Virus record (IMG/VR): IMGVR_UViG_3300048838_001273
Span: 14,902 to 78,901 of that record
Source of the DNA: a virus
Length of the DNA: 64,000 nucleotides
Direction: 5' to 3' (one strand)
Shown piece by piece: positions 41,504 through 49,358 of this stretch. The translations under genes and the position numbers were made by a program. A model generated the notes under the pieces. That model was given only the letters and a program-made list of their open reading frames with translations. It made no database searches and was not told where the DNA came from. Numbering within the stretch: the first letter of the stretch is position 1; each line of letters begins with the position of its first letter.

Positions 41504-43138
41504 TTAAGCGTTAACACTAATTTTATTTGACCTCTTAACAGGTGCAGCTTCTAAAGCACGAACCTGATTTTCAAGCCACCTTGGGGTATCGATTTCCAAT
41601 AACCTTGCGTTAATCTGTGGCTGAAGTGCAACTGGATTATTGATTGCCATTGTGACAACACCCGAACCCAATTTACGAACATTAGCACCCATTTCAGCAC
41701 TGGTGATTGGTGAAATCTGGAAAATCGGAATGCTCCTACCAGATTCTGCTTGCCAGATTGAAATAACTTCGTTGGTTAGACCATCGTAAGCATTTTCATA
41801 ACCATCAGTTAAGATGAAAATCGCATCATAAGGACGTGCAGTATTTTCTGATTTAAGCAATTCAATGAATGAACTTGCCAAGTCAGTAATTTCGTCACGA
41901 GTCTTAACAAATGTTGCAACATCTGCTGACCTACCCAATACCTTTGCAGTGAAATCAGCAATTGCCCTTGGAGTGTTCTTTGACTCAGCCTTATGACCAG
42001 TCATTGAAGCACTGTCATCGACAACAATACCAATACTCTGGTAGAAGAAACCTGCAATCTTTTTCTTTTCAGCAAGTTTACTAATTGCAACATTCAATTC
42101 AGGTGTGAAACCATTTTCATAACCTGTCTTGTAAAGTGCCATGAAGTCAGTTGCTTTTTCAAGTTCAACATGCTTTTCAACACCCAACTTCGCAGTACTT
42201 TTGGTCTGACGAACCTGCTGGTTAACCGAAGTTACCTTAACATTCTTACGAACCAAAGCCTTTGTTGCTTCTCTCTGAACAGCAGTTGCCCACATACTGT
42301 GGTACTGTGGGTGAGTTACAGAAGAAATTAAACCGAGCAATACTTCTTCCGGTACATTCTGAACATTGGTGATGTCAGTTTTTGCCTTCTGATATTCATT
42401 TAAAATACTGAATTCACTGTAGTCAATACCAGTATCTCTTTTGAAGATGAATAACAATAACTTAAATGCACGAGTTGTGTCACCGTTAAAGTATTTCAAA
42501 AGCAAATCATTTGCAATACCCATTTCCTTTTCAGTTCCAATAAGAAGGTTGTTACCATAAGTAACGTACTTCTGTGCAATTGAAAGCAGAATTGAAGTTC
42601 TTTTTGTTCCATAGGTGTGCTTCAAAATATTTGCAAGTTTGTTACGGTACTTCAATGAATAGAATTCAAGGTTTGACTGACCCCAAATGAAGCCGAGTAC
42701 AATTTTCCTTGACCTTTCGTTGTTAATCCTTGATTTTTTCAAATCAATGAAAAGACGTAACGCATAGGTAATACCATTATCAGAACCTGCAAGGTTATTC
42801 AACGCACTAAGAACTGCCTTATCAGATAATCCATTATCATACCAGTCAATTGGATTAACTATATTACAAGCACCACCCCTATAGGTTTCTTTGAATTCGT
42901 TAAGCAATACCTCAGACACAAATCTTCCGGTAGCACCTTTTTGGCTTGCAATAATTAATGGAAGTTCCTTTGAAAGTTTATACATACTCCTAATCTGAGT
43001 CTGTAATGCCTTCATCTGTTCATCCTTTTTGTGGTAGTAAGTTGCTGAACTTTTGCTACCTGATGCAATTGTTAAACCTTCAATTAATGACTGCTTAACG
43101 CTTGTAAGCATCTTCTGTGTTAATACCAATTTTTCCAT
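41504..43138 (-). CDS. Helical N-terminal + vWA-domain protein (Ro60/TROVE-like architecture)
   Basis: C-terminal vWA MIDAS elements IVVDDSASM, T-D-L and FILTDGYEN; long basic, likely helical N-terminal region (RINNERSR, LKYRNKL); 544 aa, similar in length to Ro60. Confidence 0.6.
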   Translation of the reverse strand: MEKLVLTQKMLTSVKQSLIEGLTIASGSKSSATYYHKKDEQMKALQTQIRSMYKLSKELPLIIASQKGATGRFVSEVLLNEFKETYRGGACNIVNPIDWYDNGLSDKAVLSALNNLAGSDNGITYALRLFIDLKKSRINNERSRKIVLGFIWGQSNLEFYSLKYRNKLANILKHTYGTKRTSILLSIAQKYVTYGNNLLIGTEKEMGIANDLLLKYFNGDTTRAFKLLLFIFKRDTGIDYSEFSILNEYQKAKTDITNVQNVPEEVLLGLISSVTHPQYHSMWATAVQREATKALVRKNVKVTSVNQQVRQTKSTAKLGVEKHVELEKATDFMALYKTGYENGFTPELNVAISKLAEKKKIAGFFYQSIGIVVDDSASMTGHKAESKNTPRAIADFTAKVLGRSADVATFVKTRDEITDLASSFIELLKSENTARPYDAIFILTDGYENAYDGLTNEVISIWQAESGRSIPIFQISPITSAEMGANVRKLGSGVVTMAINNPVALQPQINARLLEIDTPRWLENQVRALEAAPVKRSNKISVNA

Positions 43139-43167
43139 AATCTATATGTGTTTAAAATTTCGTTCTG

Positions 43168-43198
43168 CAATAATAACAATTATAATTCAATTTACAAA
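43168..43198 (-). promoter_or_regulatory. Possible Bacteroidota-type promoter for the vWA-ARPP pair
   Basis: TTTG-N19-TATTATTG (one mismatch to TAnnTTTG). Confidence 0.4.
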
Positions 43199-43259
43199 AA
43201 AAATCAAAAAAAAAATGGGTGAGATGAAACATTTCTGCTCCAAGTCCCCACCCATTTTT
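43196..43259 (-). terminator. Terminator closing the RNA cluster
   Basis: AAAAATGGGTGGGG..GGAGCA-GAAA-TGTTTC..TCTCACCCATTTTTTTTTT. Confidence 0.6.
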
Positions 43260-43292
43260 CATTTTGGAATACTCTTCTTCTAAAAAAAAAGA

Positions 43293-43383
43293 GAAGAAGT
43301 TCGGTTGTATTTTGGTAAGTTTGTCCCGCCTCTCATGAGCGGGATTACATTTTTCAATTTACTGTAAACACAGCCAGTTCTTC
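43293..43383 (-). ncRNA. Structured repeat RNA unit 4 (Y-RNA-like stem with internal hairpin)
   Basis: GAAGAA-CT-GGCTGTGTTT-ACAGTAAA...AAATACAACC-GAAC-TTCTTC; internal TCCCGC/GCGGGA hairpin; followed by T9. Confidence 0.65.
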
Positions 43384-43593
43384 CACCAAATTTCTTGTTT
43401 TTGAAAAACTCAGTACTTCTACTTAGAAAACCATTCTTAACCTCTCGTGCGTTTAAAACGCAAATTCAAATGTTAGGTGGTATGCCCCTTTTTTGTTAAA
43501 AAATTCTGATACCAACAGCCAAAAACTTTAAGCAGTGGGGTTTGCTTAATATTAAATAAATCTTATTTGCTAACCGTCACCACTTAATAACTT

Positions 43594-43733
43594 AGGGAAC
43601 ATTTTAAAAGTATTTGTTGTTTTTAATGCAAGTTTAACCGACTTGTGACTTAACCGCTTGTCTAATTTTCAATTTTGGCTGAAAATGAAGGATTCGAACC
43701 TCCGTATTACTGTAAACACTTTTCGTTTTCCCT
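43594..43733 (-). ncRNA. Structured repeat RNA unit 3 with a circularly permuted tRNA-Asn-like body
   Basis: Motif stem AAAAGTGTTT/AAATACTTTT encloses T-arm GGAGG-TTCGAAT-CCTTC, ATTTTCA-G-CCA, linker, TGAAAAT, D-arm and anticodon arm CAAGT-CGGTTAA-ACTTG. Confidence 0.75.
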
Positions 43734-43799
43734 TTGTACTTTAAAGAACGTTACCCCGAAGTTTGTGTTGCCACAGGGACAACGGGGAATTATAATTTT

Positions 43800-43875
43800 A
43801 GAAGAAATTCGTTAGTCTTGTGTTGTAAGTGTCTGATTTACCGTCAAATTTACTGTAAAAACTATCAGTTCTTCT
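43800..43875 (-). ncRNA. Structured repeat RNA unit 2 with an anticodon-like hairpin
   Basis: AGAAGAA-CT-GATAGTTTTT-ACAGTAAA...AAGACTAAC-GAAT-TTCTTCT; internal TTTGA-CGGTAAA-TCAGA. Confidence 0.65.
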
Positions 43876-43880
43876 TTTTG

Positions 43881-43953
43881 TAGCGGGAGAGGGATTCGAA
43901 CCCCCGACCTCTTGGTTATGAGCCAAGCGAGATACCACTTCTACCATCCCGCA
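43881..43953 (-). tRNA. tRNA-Met(CAT), probably initiator-like
   Basis: Complete cloverleaf TGCGGGA..CTTGG-CTCATAA-CCAAG..GGGGG-TTCGAAT-CCCTC-TCCCGCT-A; 1:72 mismatch; CCA not encoded. Confidence 0.88.
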
Positions 43954-43991
43954 ATATAAAGGGTTTTTGTGAAAAACCCTTAAAAACTTTG

Positions 43992-44127
43992 TGGGGAGAA
44001 CAGGACTCGAACCTGTAATCTATTGATTTCAACTCAATTGCTTTACCTTTACTGAAAACACTACGAGTTCTCTCTGTGAAGAGAGCAGTGAGATAGTATT
44101 TCTTGTTTTTGTTTTTGCTATCTCCCC
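43992..44127 (-). ncRNA. Structured repeat RNA unit 1: tRNA-like molecule with a ~69-nt motif insertion in the D-loop
   Basis: Acceptor GGGGAGA/TCTCCCC-A, anticodon arm ATTGA-GTTGAAA-TCAAT, T-arm ACAGG-TTCGAGT-CCTGT; the insertion carries the repeat motif with its halves swapped. Confidence 0.72.
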
Positions 44128-44173
44128 ATGTAAAAAAATTCATTTCTTAAAAGAACGTTGTCCAAAGACTCTG

Positions 44174-44204
44174 CAAATATAAAACACCTTTTTTTAATAT
44201 GCAA
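44174..44204 (-). promoter_or_regulatory. Bacteroidota-type sigma-A promoter of the RNA cluster
   Basis: TTG-N20-TATATTTG, followed ~15 nt downstream by a boxA-like AACGTTCTTT. Confidence 0.72.
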
Positions 44205-44298
44205 GTGTTTTTGAAAAAAAATAAAAATATTTTTATAGACCTCTGGAAAAATAAATACTTGATGTTTTACAAAAAGTTACATTTTTTTATAAAAATTT

Positions 44299-46344
44299 TC
44301 ACTCTTTTTTTATAACATTCTGTCTTTTACGTAATTGCGCCAACTTTTCTTTTATAAATTTTTCATTATCTTGTGGTGCATCCGGGTCAATTAACCTGTC
44401 ATTAACATCTATTTCAGTATTAATATTTTTTTGAACTGGTGGTAAAATTTCTTTTCTTTCTTGAATTTCGGGTAGTGTTTCAACTGATTCTTGCACAATA
44501 TTAGGTACGTCTTTTAACTCGACTTCCTTTTCAATGACATTAGTATAAAAGGTTTCACCAGTCCAACTATCCATTATAAAATCAGTATCTGTTGTGTTTA
44601 TTCCCTCATTTACTCCCTCACTTACTCCCTCATTTACACCATCACTTACACCATCAGGTTCGTCAGTAGCTTCTTCATCTATTTCTAATATACTTCCAGT
44701 ACTCGGCACTACAATATCTTCTACAGTCTCAGGCACATTATTTCCAGTTTTACCGGACATCAAATCTTCTAAACTATCTTTATACGATTGAATTTTACCG
44801 GGTTTTACAGCATCATTTGGAGTATCATTTACGGCATCATCTTTCAGTTTTCCCTCAATTATATTTCCATAATACTCACTAACAGGTATATGAATAGCAG
44901 TACCTGTCTTATTTGTCTTATCTTCCAATTTGTCAATATCTGGAGTATCGTGGTGCTTGATGTTTTTACTCATCTTGCTATACTTATACCTGTCATCTTC
45001 GATTTTGATTTCCATTGTATCATTATTGAAGATACAGTTCGTAAAAGTCTGACCGTCTTGTGCAAACCTTGCTTTAATAATTCTGATATTAGCAAGATGT
45101 GCTTCTTTTTGTTCAGGAGTTTTTGCCACACTCATGAAAAAGTGTGCTTTTTGTACTCTCTTTATATTACCACCAGTTTGATGAACCTCAACGAATTCAG
45201 AATCGAAACCACTACGGTTTGACTGAATTGCAGTCCATGCAGGAATATTCAAATCTCCGGCAAGTGCTTCGAATGATTTAACAATTACAAGTTCAGCTTC
45301 ATTTCTATCTGCAGTTTTTTTATGAGATTCCAAACAATCCAGATAATCCAAAACAATTTCATCAAAAACATATCCATATTTTTTCTGATGCCTTGTAATC
45401 CAGTTACGAATATCCATCATAGTGGTGTTCTCCTGACTAAATTTCTTAATCATGAGTTTACCTCTACCCCTTTTTCTTAATTCATCGGCTTTTTCATGTG
45501 AAAGTTTAGTTACTCTCTCATTTTCATCATCTTCATTTAACTGGCTCAACTTAGATTTTGTCCAAATTGTAAAGTGCTTTCTCTGAATCTGTTCTACAGT
45601 ATCTTCGAAGACGATTTGAAGTACGTTTTTACCAACTTCAAGTCCGGTATTTGCTATTTTTGTTAGTAATGTTGTTTTACCAACACCCGATGGTGTTAAT
45701 ATTACACCAATTTCTCCCTTACCTAACCCACCACCAGTAAGTACGTCAATAACTTCAACACCAGTGGGTATTGTTTCTCTGAATTCTTTTCTTAATGCCT
45801 TTTCAATGTTATCTGTAACTTCAGTACCATAATCTTCTTCTTCACCAATATGTGAGATTTTCAAGAATTTTTCTTCAATATAACCAAGAGTGTGTTTATG
45901 TTTTATTTCACCACTTTTGGTTTTAGCTAAAATATATTCACCTATCTTCCTGTATTCCTGTTGTTTAATGAAATTATTGGTTGCCTTTTGTACAACAATA
46001 CCGTCATAAAGCATTTCTTTATTTAAAACCCTTTCATTCCATAATTCAACACGTTTAATTACAGCAAATAAGGATTCTTCCTCGATTATGTTGTTCGGAG
46101 TTTTATAAGAATTAATTGCAAGATGTATACTTTTATTTTGAAGATTTGGTACTTTTTCATACTCTTTATAATACTCCAAAATGATGAGAAACAGCCTTTT
46201 TAAATAAGGGTCATCAAAGTATTCTACTTCTAAATTTGGTATTGTTTTTTCTGCAAACTCCGGTTCTACAAGCAATTGCCACATTAGGCTTTGTTGAAAA
46301 TCAGGACCGAGATATGCAGAAAATGTATTTGTACTATCACTCAT
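44299..46344 (-). CDS. DnaB-like replicative helicase (T4 gp41-like) with acidic C-terminal extension
   Basis: TIPTG..GGLGKGE..TPSGVGKTT (Walker A), VLDYLD (Walker B), WTAIQSNR, IKARF. Confidence 0.88.
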   Translation of the reverse strand: MSDSTNTFSAYLGPDFQQSLMWQLLVEPEFAEKTIPNLEVEYFDDPYLKRLFLIILEYYKEYEKVPNLQNKSIHLAINSYKTPNNIIEEESLFAVIKRVELWNERVLNKEMLYDGIVVQKATNNFIKQQEYRKIGEYILAKTKSGEIKHKHTLGYIEEKFLKISHIGEEEDYGTEVTDNIEKALRKEFRETIPTGVEVIDVLTGGGLGKGEIGVILTPSGVGKTTLLTKIANTGLEVGKNVLQIVFEDTVEQIQRKHFTIWTKSKLSQLNEDDENERVTKLSHEKADELRKRGRGKLMIKKFSQENTTMMDIRNWITRHQKKYGYVFDEIVLDYLDCLESHKKTADRNEAELVIVKSFEALAGDLNIPAWTAIQSNRSGFDSEFVEVHQTGGNIKRVQKAHFFMSVAKTPEQKEAHLANIRIIKARFAQDGQTFTNCIFNNDTMEIKIEDDRYKYSKMSKNIKHHDTPDIDKLEDKTNKTGTAIHIPVSEYYGNIIEGKLKDDAVNDTPNDAVKPGKIQSYKDSLEDLMSGKTGNNVPETVEDIVVPSTGSILEIDEEATDEPDGVSDGVNEGVSEGVNEGINTTDTDFIMDSWTGETFYTNVIEKEVELKDVPNIVQESVETLPEIQERKEILPPVQKNINTEIDVNDRLIDPDAPQDNEKFIKEKLAQLRKRQNVIKKE

Positions 46345-46438
46345 TATTAATATGTGTCAAAAAAAGGGAATAGTTGCAGAAGAAAGAAGAAAACTTATGA
46401 AAAAATATGAAATAGCAACTATTCCCCAATACAGTTAT

Positions 46439-47086
46439 TTAATTTCTGTTGAGTTTCCTCAACATCTCTCCCCTTTTAGCAGGAGAAAGTTCACGAATCT
46501 GATTGATTGACAATCCCCTGATGTTAATCAAATCATAATCGTCCCACATATTACAAATGTCGTTTCTTTTAATTTTATTCTGTATAATATCTGCAGCCTC
46601 AACGATTGCGTCAATTAAATCCACTGACCATCTGGCAACCGGATTAAATCCATCAACGTAAAATAATCTCTCAACAATTGGTTTATCATTAATGTAAAAA
46701 CCCATTTTACATTCAACCCCTCTTATTACCTTTTCTTCAATCTGTTGAGTAATGGAGTTTGGTGAATATCTCATATCCTCTCTCCATTCTTTGGGGTAGA
46801 GACTAATCATTTTTTGGTGATACTGGAATAAATCGTATACTTTGTTTTCAGAATCGGGTGTGGTAGTATCAATTCTACCGACATCTGCAATAACATCATA
46901 ATTTCTTTTAGAAAGTGTCTTTTGTAGTTTAGTGATTGTTTTTGGTAAAACTTCCCGGATATCAATTGAATGTCTGGTGAAGGGATTAAATTGATTTGCA
47001 TCAAAAACTTTCTCTCCCAATAAAACATCTTCTTGGTATACTGAGAATCTAAACTGGTTGGAATAATCCTTCTCTTTCTCGTTCAT
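46439..47086 (-). CDS. Hypothetical protein of the replication block
   Basis: 215 aa ORF; TATATTTG -7 box at 47121-47128. Confidence 0.65.
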   Translation of the reverse strand: MNEKEKDYSNQFRFSVYQEDVLLGEKVFDANQFNPFTRHSIDIREVLPKTITKLQKTLSKRNYDVIADVGRIDTTTPDSENKVYDLFQYHQKMISLYPKEWREDMRYSPNSITQQIEEKVIRGVECKMGFYINDKPIVERLFYVDGFNPVARWSVDLIDAIVEAADIIQNKIKRNDICNMWDDYDLINIRGLSINQIRELSPAKRGEMLRKLNRN

Positions 47087-47158
47087 TTTAATTTATATTA
47101 AAAGGTTAATACTATAGGGACAAATATAACTACAAAACATCAAAAGTAAAAGACTTTT

Positions 47159-48211
47159 TTATAAAGTTCTTGATTTATTTTTTTGATATTCTGTAAGTAG
47201 CTGTTTCTCATTCATGATGACTGAATAAAAAGGTTCGACATAATTCGGAAATGTGCTTGTGTAGACAGTGAGAAACTCATCTTCAAGCATCATTTTATAT
47301 AAATTTTTGCTTCCACGGTCTTCCGGTGAGAGGGGAGCATCTAACTGCAACAACTCTTCTTTGGCATTTTCTGTAAGCATTGGTTGTCTTAAATTAACTA
47401 ATTGAAAATTGGTCTTTAGTCTTTCTATATTATTAATTAGGTTTTCCAGTGCTTTTAATGGTTTCTTTTTCTCCAATGCTCGTTGTTTATTTATTTCATC
47501 GGCTTTGGCACAAATTTCACGAACCGTCAAATGCTTAAAACTCAATTCGGGAAAATATTTTAATAACGTGTCTTCCTTTACACCACCAACACCTTTGATG
47601 TTGTCAGCAGGGTCACCACAAATAATTTTCAATGCAAGTGCATTTGAATAGTGGTGATTAAAATGCATCATATAATTTATTTTGGTAACTGGTTGTTCTA
47701 TGTTTGCGAACAGGATTGTTATATTTAAATCGAGTAATTGTGCGAAATCCCTATCATTACTATATAAAAAAATCTCTTCTTTATTATTATAATGTAAGCA
47801 ATATGCAGCAATTAAATCATCGGCTTCGACATCATCGACCTCAATCTGTCTTATAAATAATTCTTCTGCATATGCTTGAATTCTTTTTCTTTGATTTAAA
47901 ATGGATTCCTCTTTTTCTTTCTCCCTGCGAATTTCAGAAGCAGTCATCTCAATTTTTTTGTACCATTCTTTGGTTTTACGGTTTGCTTTATATTCTCTAT
48001 CAATCCGGTGACGCATAACGCCCCCACCTTCACCGTCCCAAACAAGAACAACCTTATTGATTTTATGTTCTTTAATAAGTTTTCGAACCGTAGTCATAAA
48101 TGAATAAAGTCCACCTATATGTCCAAATTTAGACGTATAGGTGTCCTTTGCACCATGAAACGAGCGTTTCAAAAGGAAAGAGGAATCCACTAACAAAGTT
48201 CTGATTTTCAT
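47159..48211 (-). CDS. 5'-3' exonuclease / flap endonuclease (T4 RNase H-like)
   Basis: LLVD..LLKR.F, WDG..R..YKANR, EADDLIA, SNDRDF.QL, GDPADNIKGV.GV (H3TH). Confidence 0.9.
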   Translation of the reverse strand: MKIRTLLVDSSFLLKRSFHGAKDTYTSKFGHIGGLYSFMTTVRKLIKEHKINKVVLVWDGEGGGVMRHRIDREYKANRKTKEWYKKIEMTASEIRREKEKEESILNQRKRIQAYAEELFIRQIEVDDVEADDLIAAYCLHYNNKEEIFLYSNDRDFAQLLDLNITILFANIEQPVTKINYMMHFNHHYSNALALKIICGDPADNIKGVGGVKEDTLLKYFPELSFKHLTVREICAKADEINKQRALEKKKPLKALENLINNIERLKTNFQLVNLRQPMLTENAKEELLQLDAPLSPEDRGSKNLYKMMLEDEFLTVYTSTFPNYVEPFYSVIMNEKQLLTEYQKNKSRTL

Positions 48212-49296
48212 CCTATTTCTAAGATTTCCCCAGCTTTTATTTCGGTAAATTTATCTTCGATGTCTTCAACATTAACATCTGAACCAAGTGCATTTCTGAA
48301 ATACAATAAATTATCTTTTTTGTATTCATCAATGCCTTCAGGTACAATAAATCCATGCGGTGTTGATATGATTTTACCTTCGAATGAAACACCACCAAGT
48401 TCACAGTCAATCTGGTTCTTAGCAACGCTTACGTTGGTTTCAATACCGTATGTAACACTACGTTTTTTACTTGTAGCTTCTACCTTTTTAGTTCCGTGTG
48501 CTGCAACACCACCGAAATGATAAATAAGACGTGAACCATAATAAAATGTCTCACCACCTTTATGTTTTACAACACCCATACCCATGTTATCAATCCAGAT
48601 TTTCTGAACTCCAATAACAGTATTGGTATATGGTTTATTTTCTTTTCTGCTGCTTGGAATTGTATTATTGAGCAGGTATTTGAATTGTTTTTCAAATGCT
48701 CCGGCATTCCACATGTTGTTATCACTTGTGTTATTTTCCTGTGCCATGATTGTTCTGTTGCAATCAAGTGTTCCAAGTGAATCAATTGCAAATAATAAAT
48801 CAAATGGTAGATTTCCGGCATCCTGCTCATCAATAAAATAATCAATAGCATCTTTCAAGTCTTCAATACTTGCTTCTTTTCTTTTGGGGTCTCTTTTCTT
48901 TCCGAAATTATTAAGAAGATAATCATTATTTACCTCATAATAAAAACCACTTTCCCAATCAAATCCCATCTTTGATAAACGTTCTCTACCTAAGTTATTT
49001 TCGGTATCGATTATAATTGGAAGTACGCCCATTTTCTGAGCATTAACAATACCTTCACATATTGCAGTTGATTTACCAGTATTACTGAAACCACGTGCAA
49101 GTGATACATATCCCATTGGGAAACCCGGTAATCCTGTTGATGCTTGTAATGCTTCTGATGCAGATATCCACCTTAATGGTTTGTCTGGAACATCAACTCC
49201 ACCGCTTTTCTTTTTAAAATCCTCTAAAGAAAAATTCTTTTTAGGTGTTGGTTTTCTAACCCTATCGTTTGTAGGAACTTCAATTTCTTTTGCCAT
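48208..49296 (-). CDS. uvsX: RecA/UvsX-like recombinase
   Basis: GFPMG..GFSNTGKST, IIDTE, AIDSLG, GGE..Y, VAKN. Confidence 0.85.
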   Translation of the reverse strand: MAKEIEVPTNDRVRKPTPKKNFSLEDFKKKSGGVDVPDKPLRWISASEALQASTGLPGFPMGYVSLARGFSNTGKSTAICEGIVNAQKMGVLPIIIDTENNLGRERLSKMGFDWESGFYYEVNNDYLLNNFGKKRDPKRKEASIEDLKDAIDYFIDEQDAGNLPFDLLFAIDSLGTLDCNRTIMAQENNTSDNNMWNAGAFEKQFKYLLNNTIPSSRKENKPYTNTVIGVQKIWIDNMGMGVVKHKGGETFYYGSRLIYHFGGVAAHGTKKVEATSKKRSVTYGIETNVSVAKNQIDCELGGVSFEGKIISTPHGFIVPEGIDEYKKDNLLYFRNALGSDVNVEDIEDKFTEIKAGEILEIG

Positions 49297-49316
49297 GAAT
49301 TAAATTAATTTAGTGT

Positions 49317-49344
49317 AAAAAGGGGACAGAATTTGTCCCCTTTT
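49317..49344 (-). terminator. Intrinsic terminator after the SSB gene
   Basis: AAAAGGGGACA-AATTC-TGTCCCCTTTTT. Confidence 0.7.
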
Positions 49345-49358
49345 AGTTTGTGTAATTT

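Noticed and set aside
44048-44116. Group I or archaeal BHB intron in a tRNA
   Set aside because: Too short for a self-splicing intron, no bulge-helix-bulge seen, and the same motif occurs outside tRNA bodies
43293-44127. CRISPR array interpretation of the repeated TTTACTGTAAA motif
   Set aside because: Repeats are short, degenerate, bipartite and irregularly spaced, enclose structured tRNA-like cargo, and no cas genes are in the window
43992-44127. Functional tRNA-Ser(TGA)
   Set aside because: G at position 32, short variable loop, A73 and a large D-loop insertion are inconsistent with a working serine tRNA; recorded as a tRNA-like ncRNA instead
43916-44143. 75 aa ORF from the track
   Set aside because: Overlaps tRNA-Met and the tRNA-like unit; no protein features
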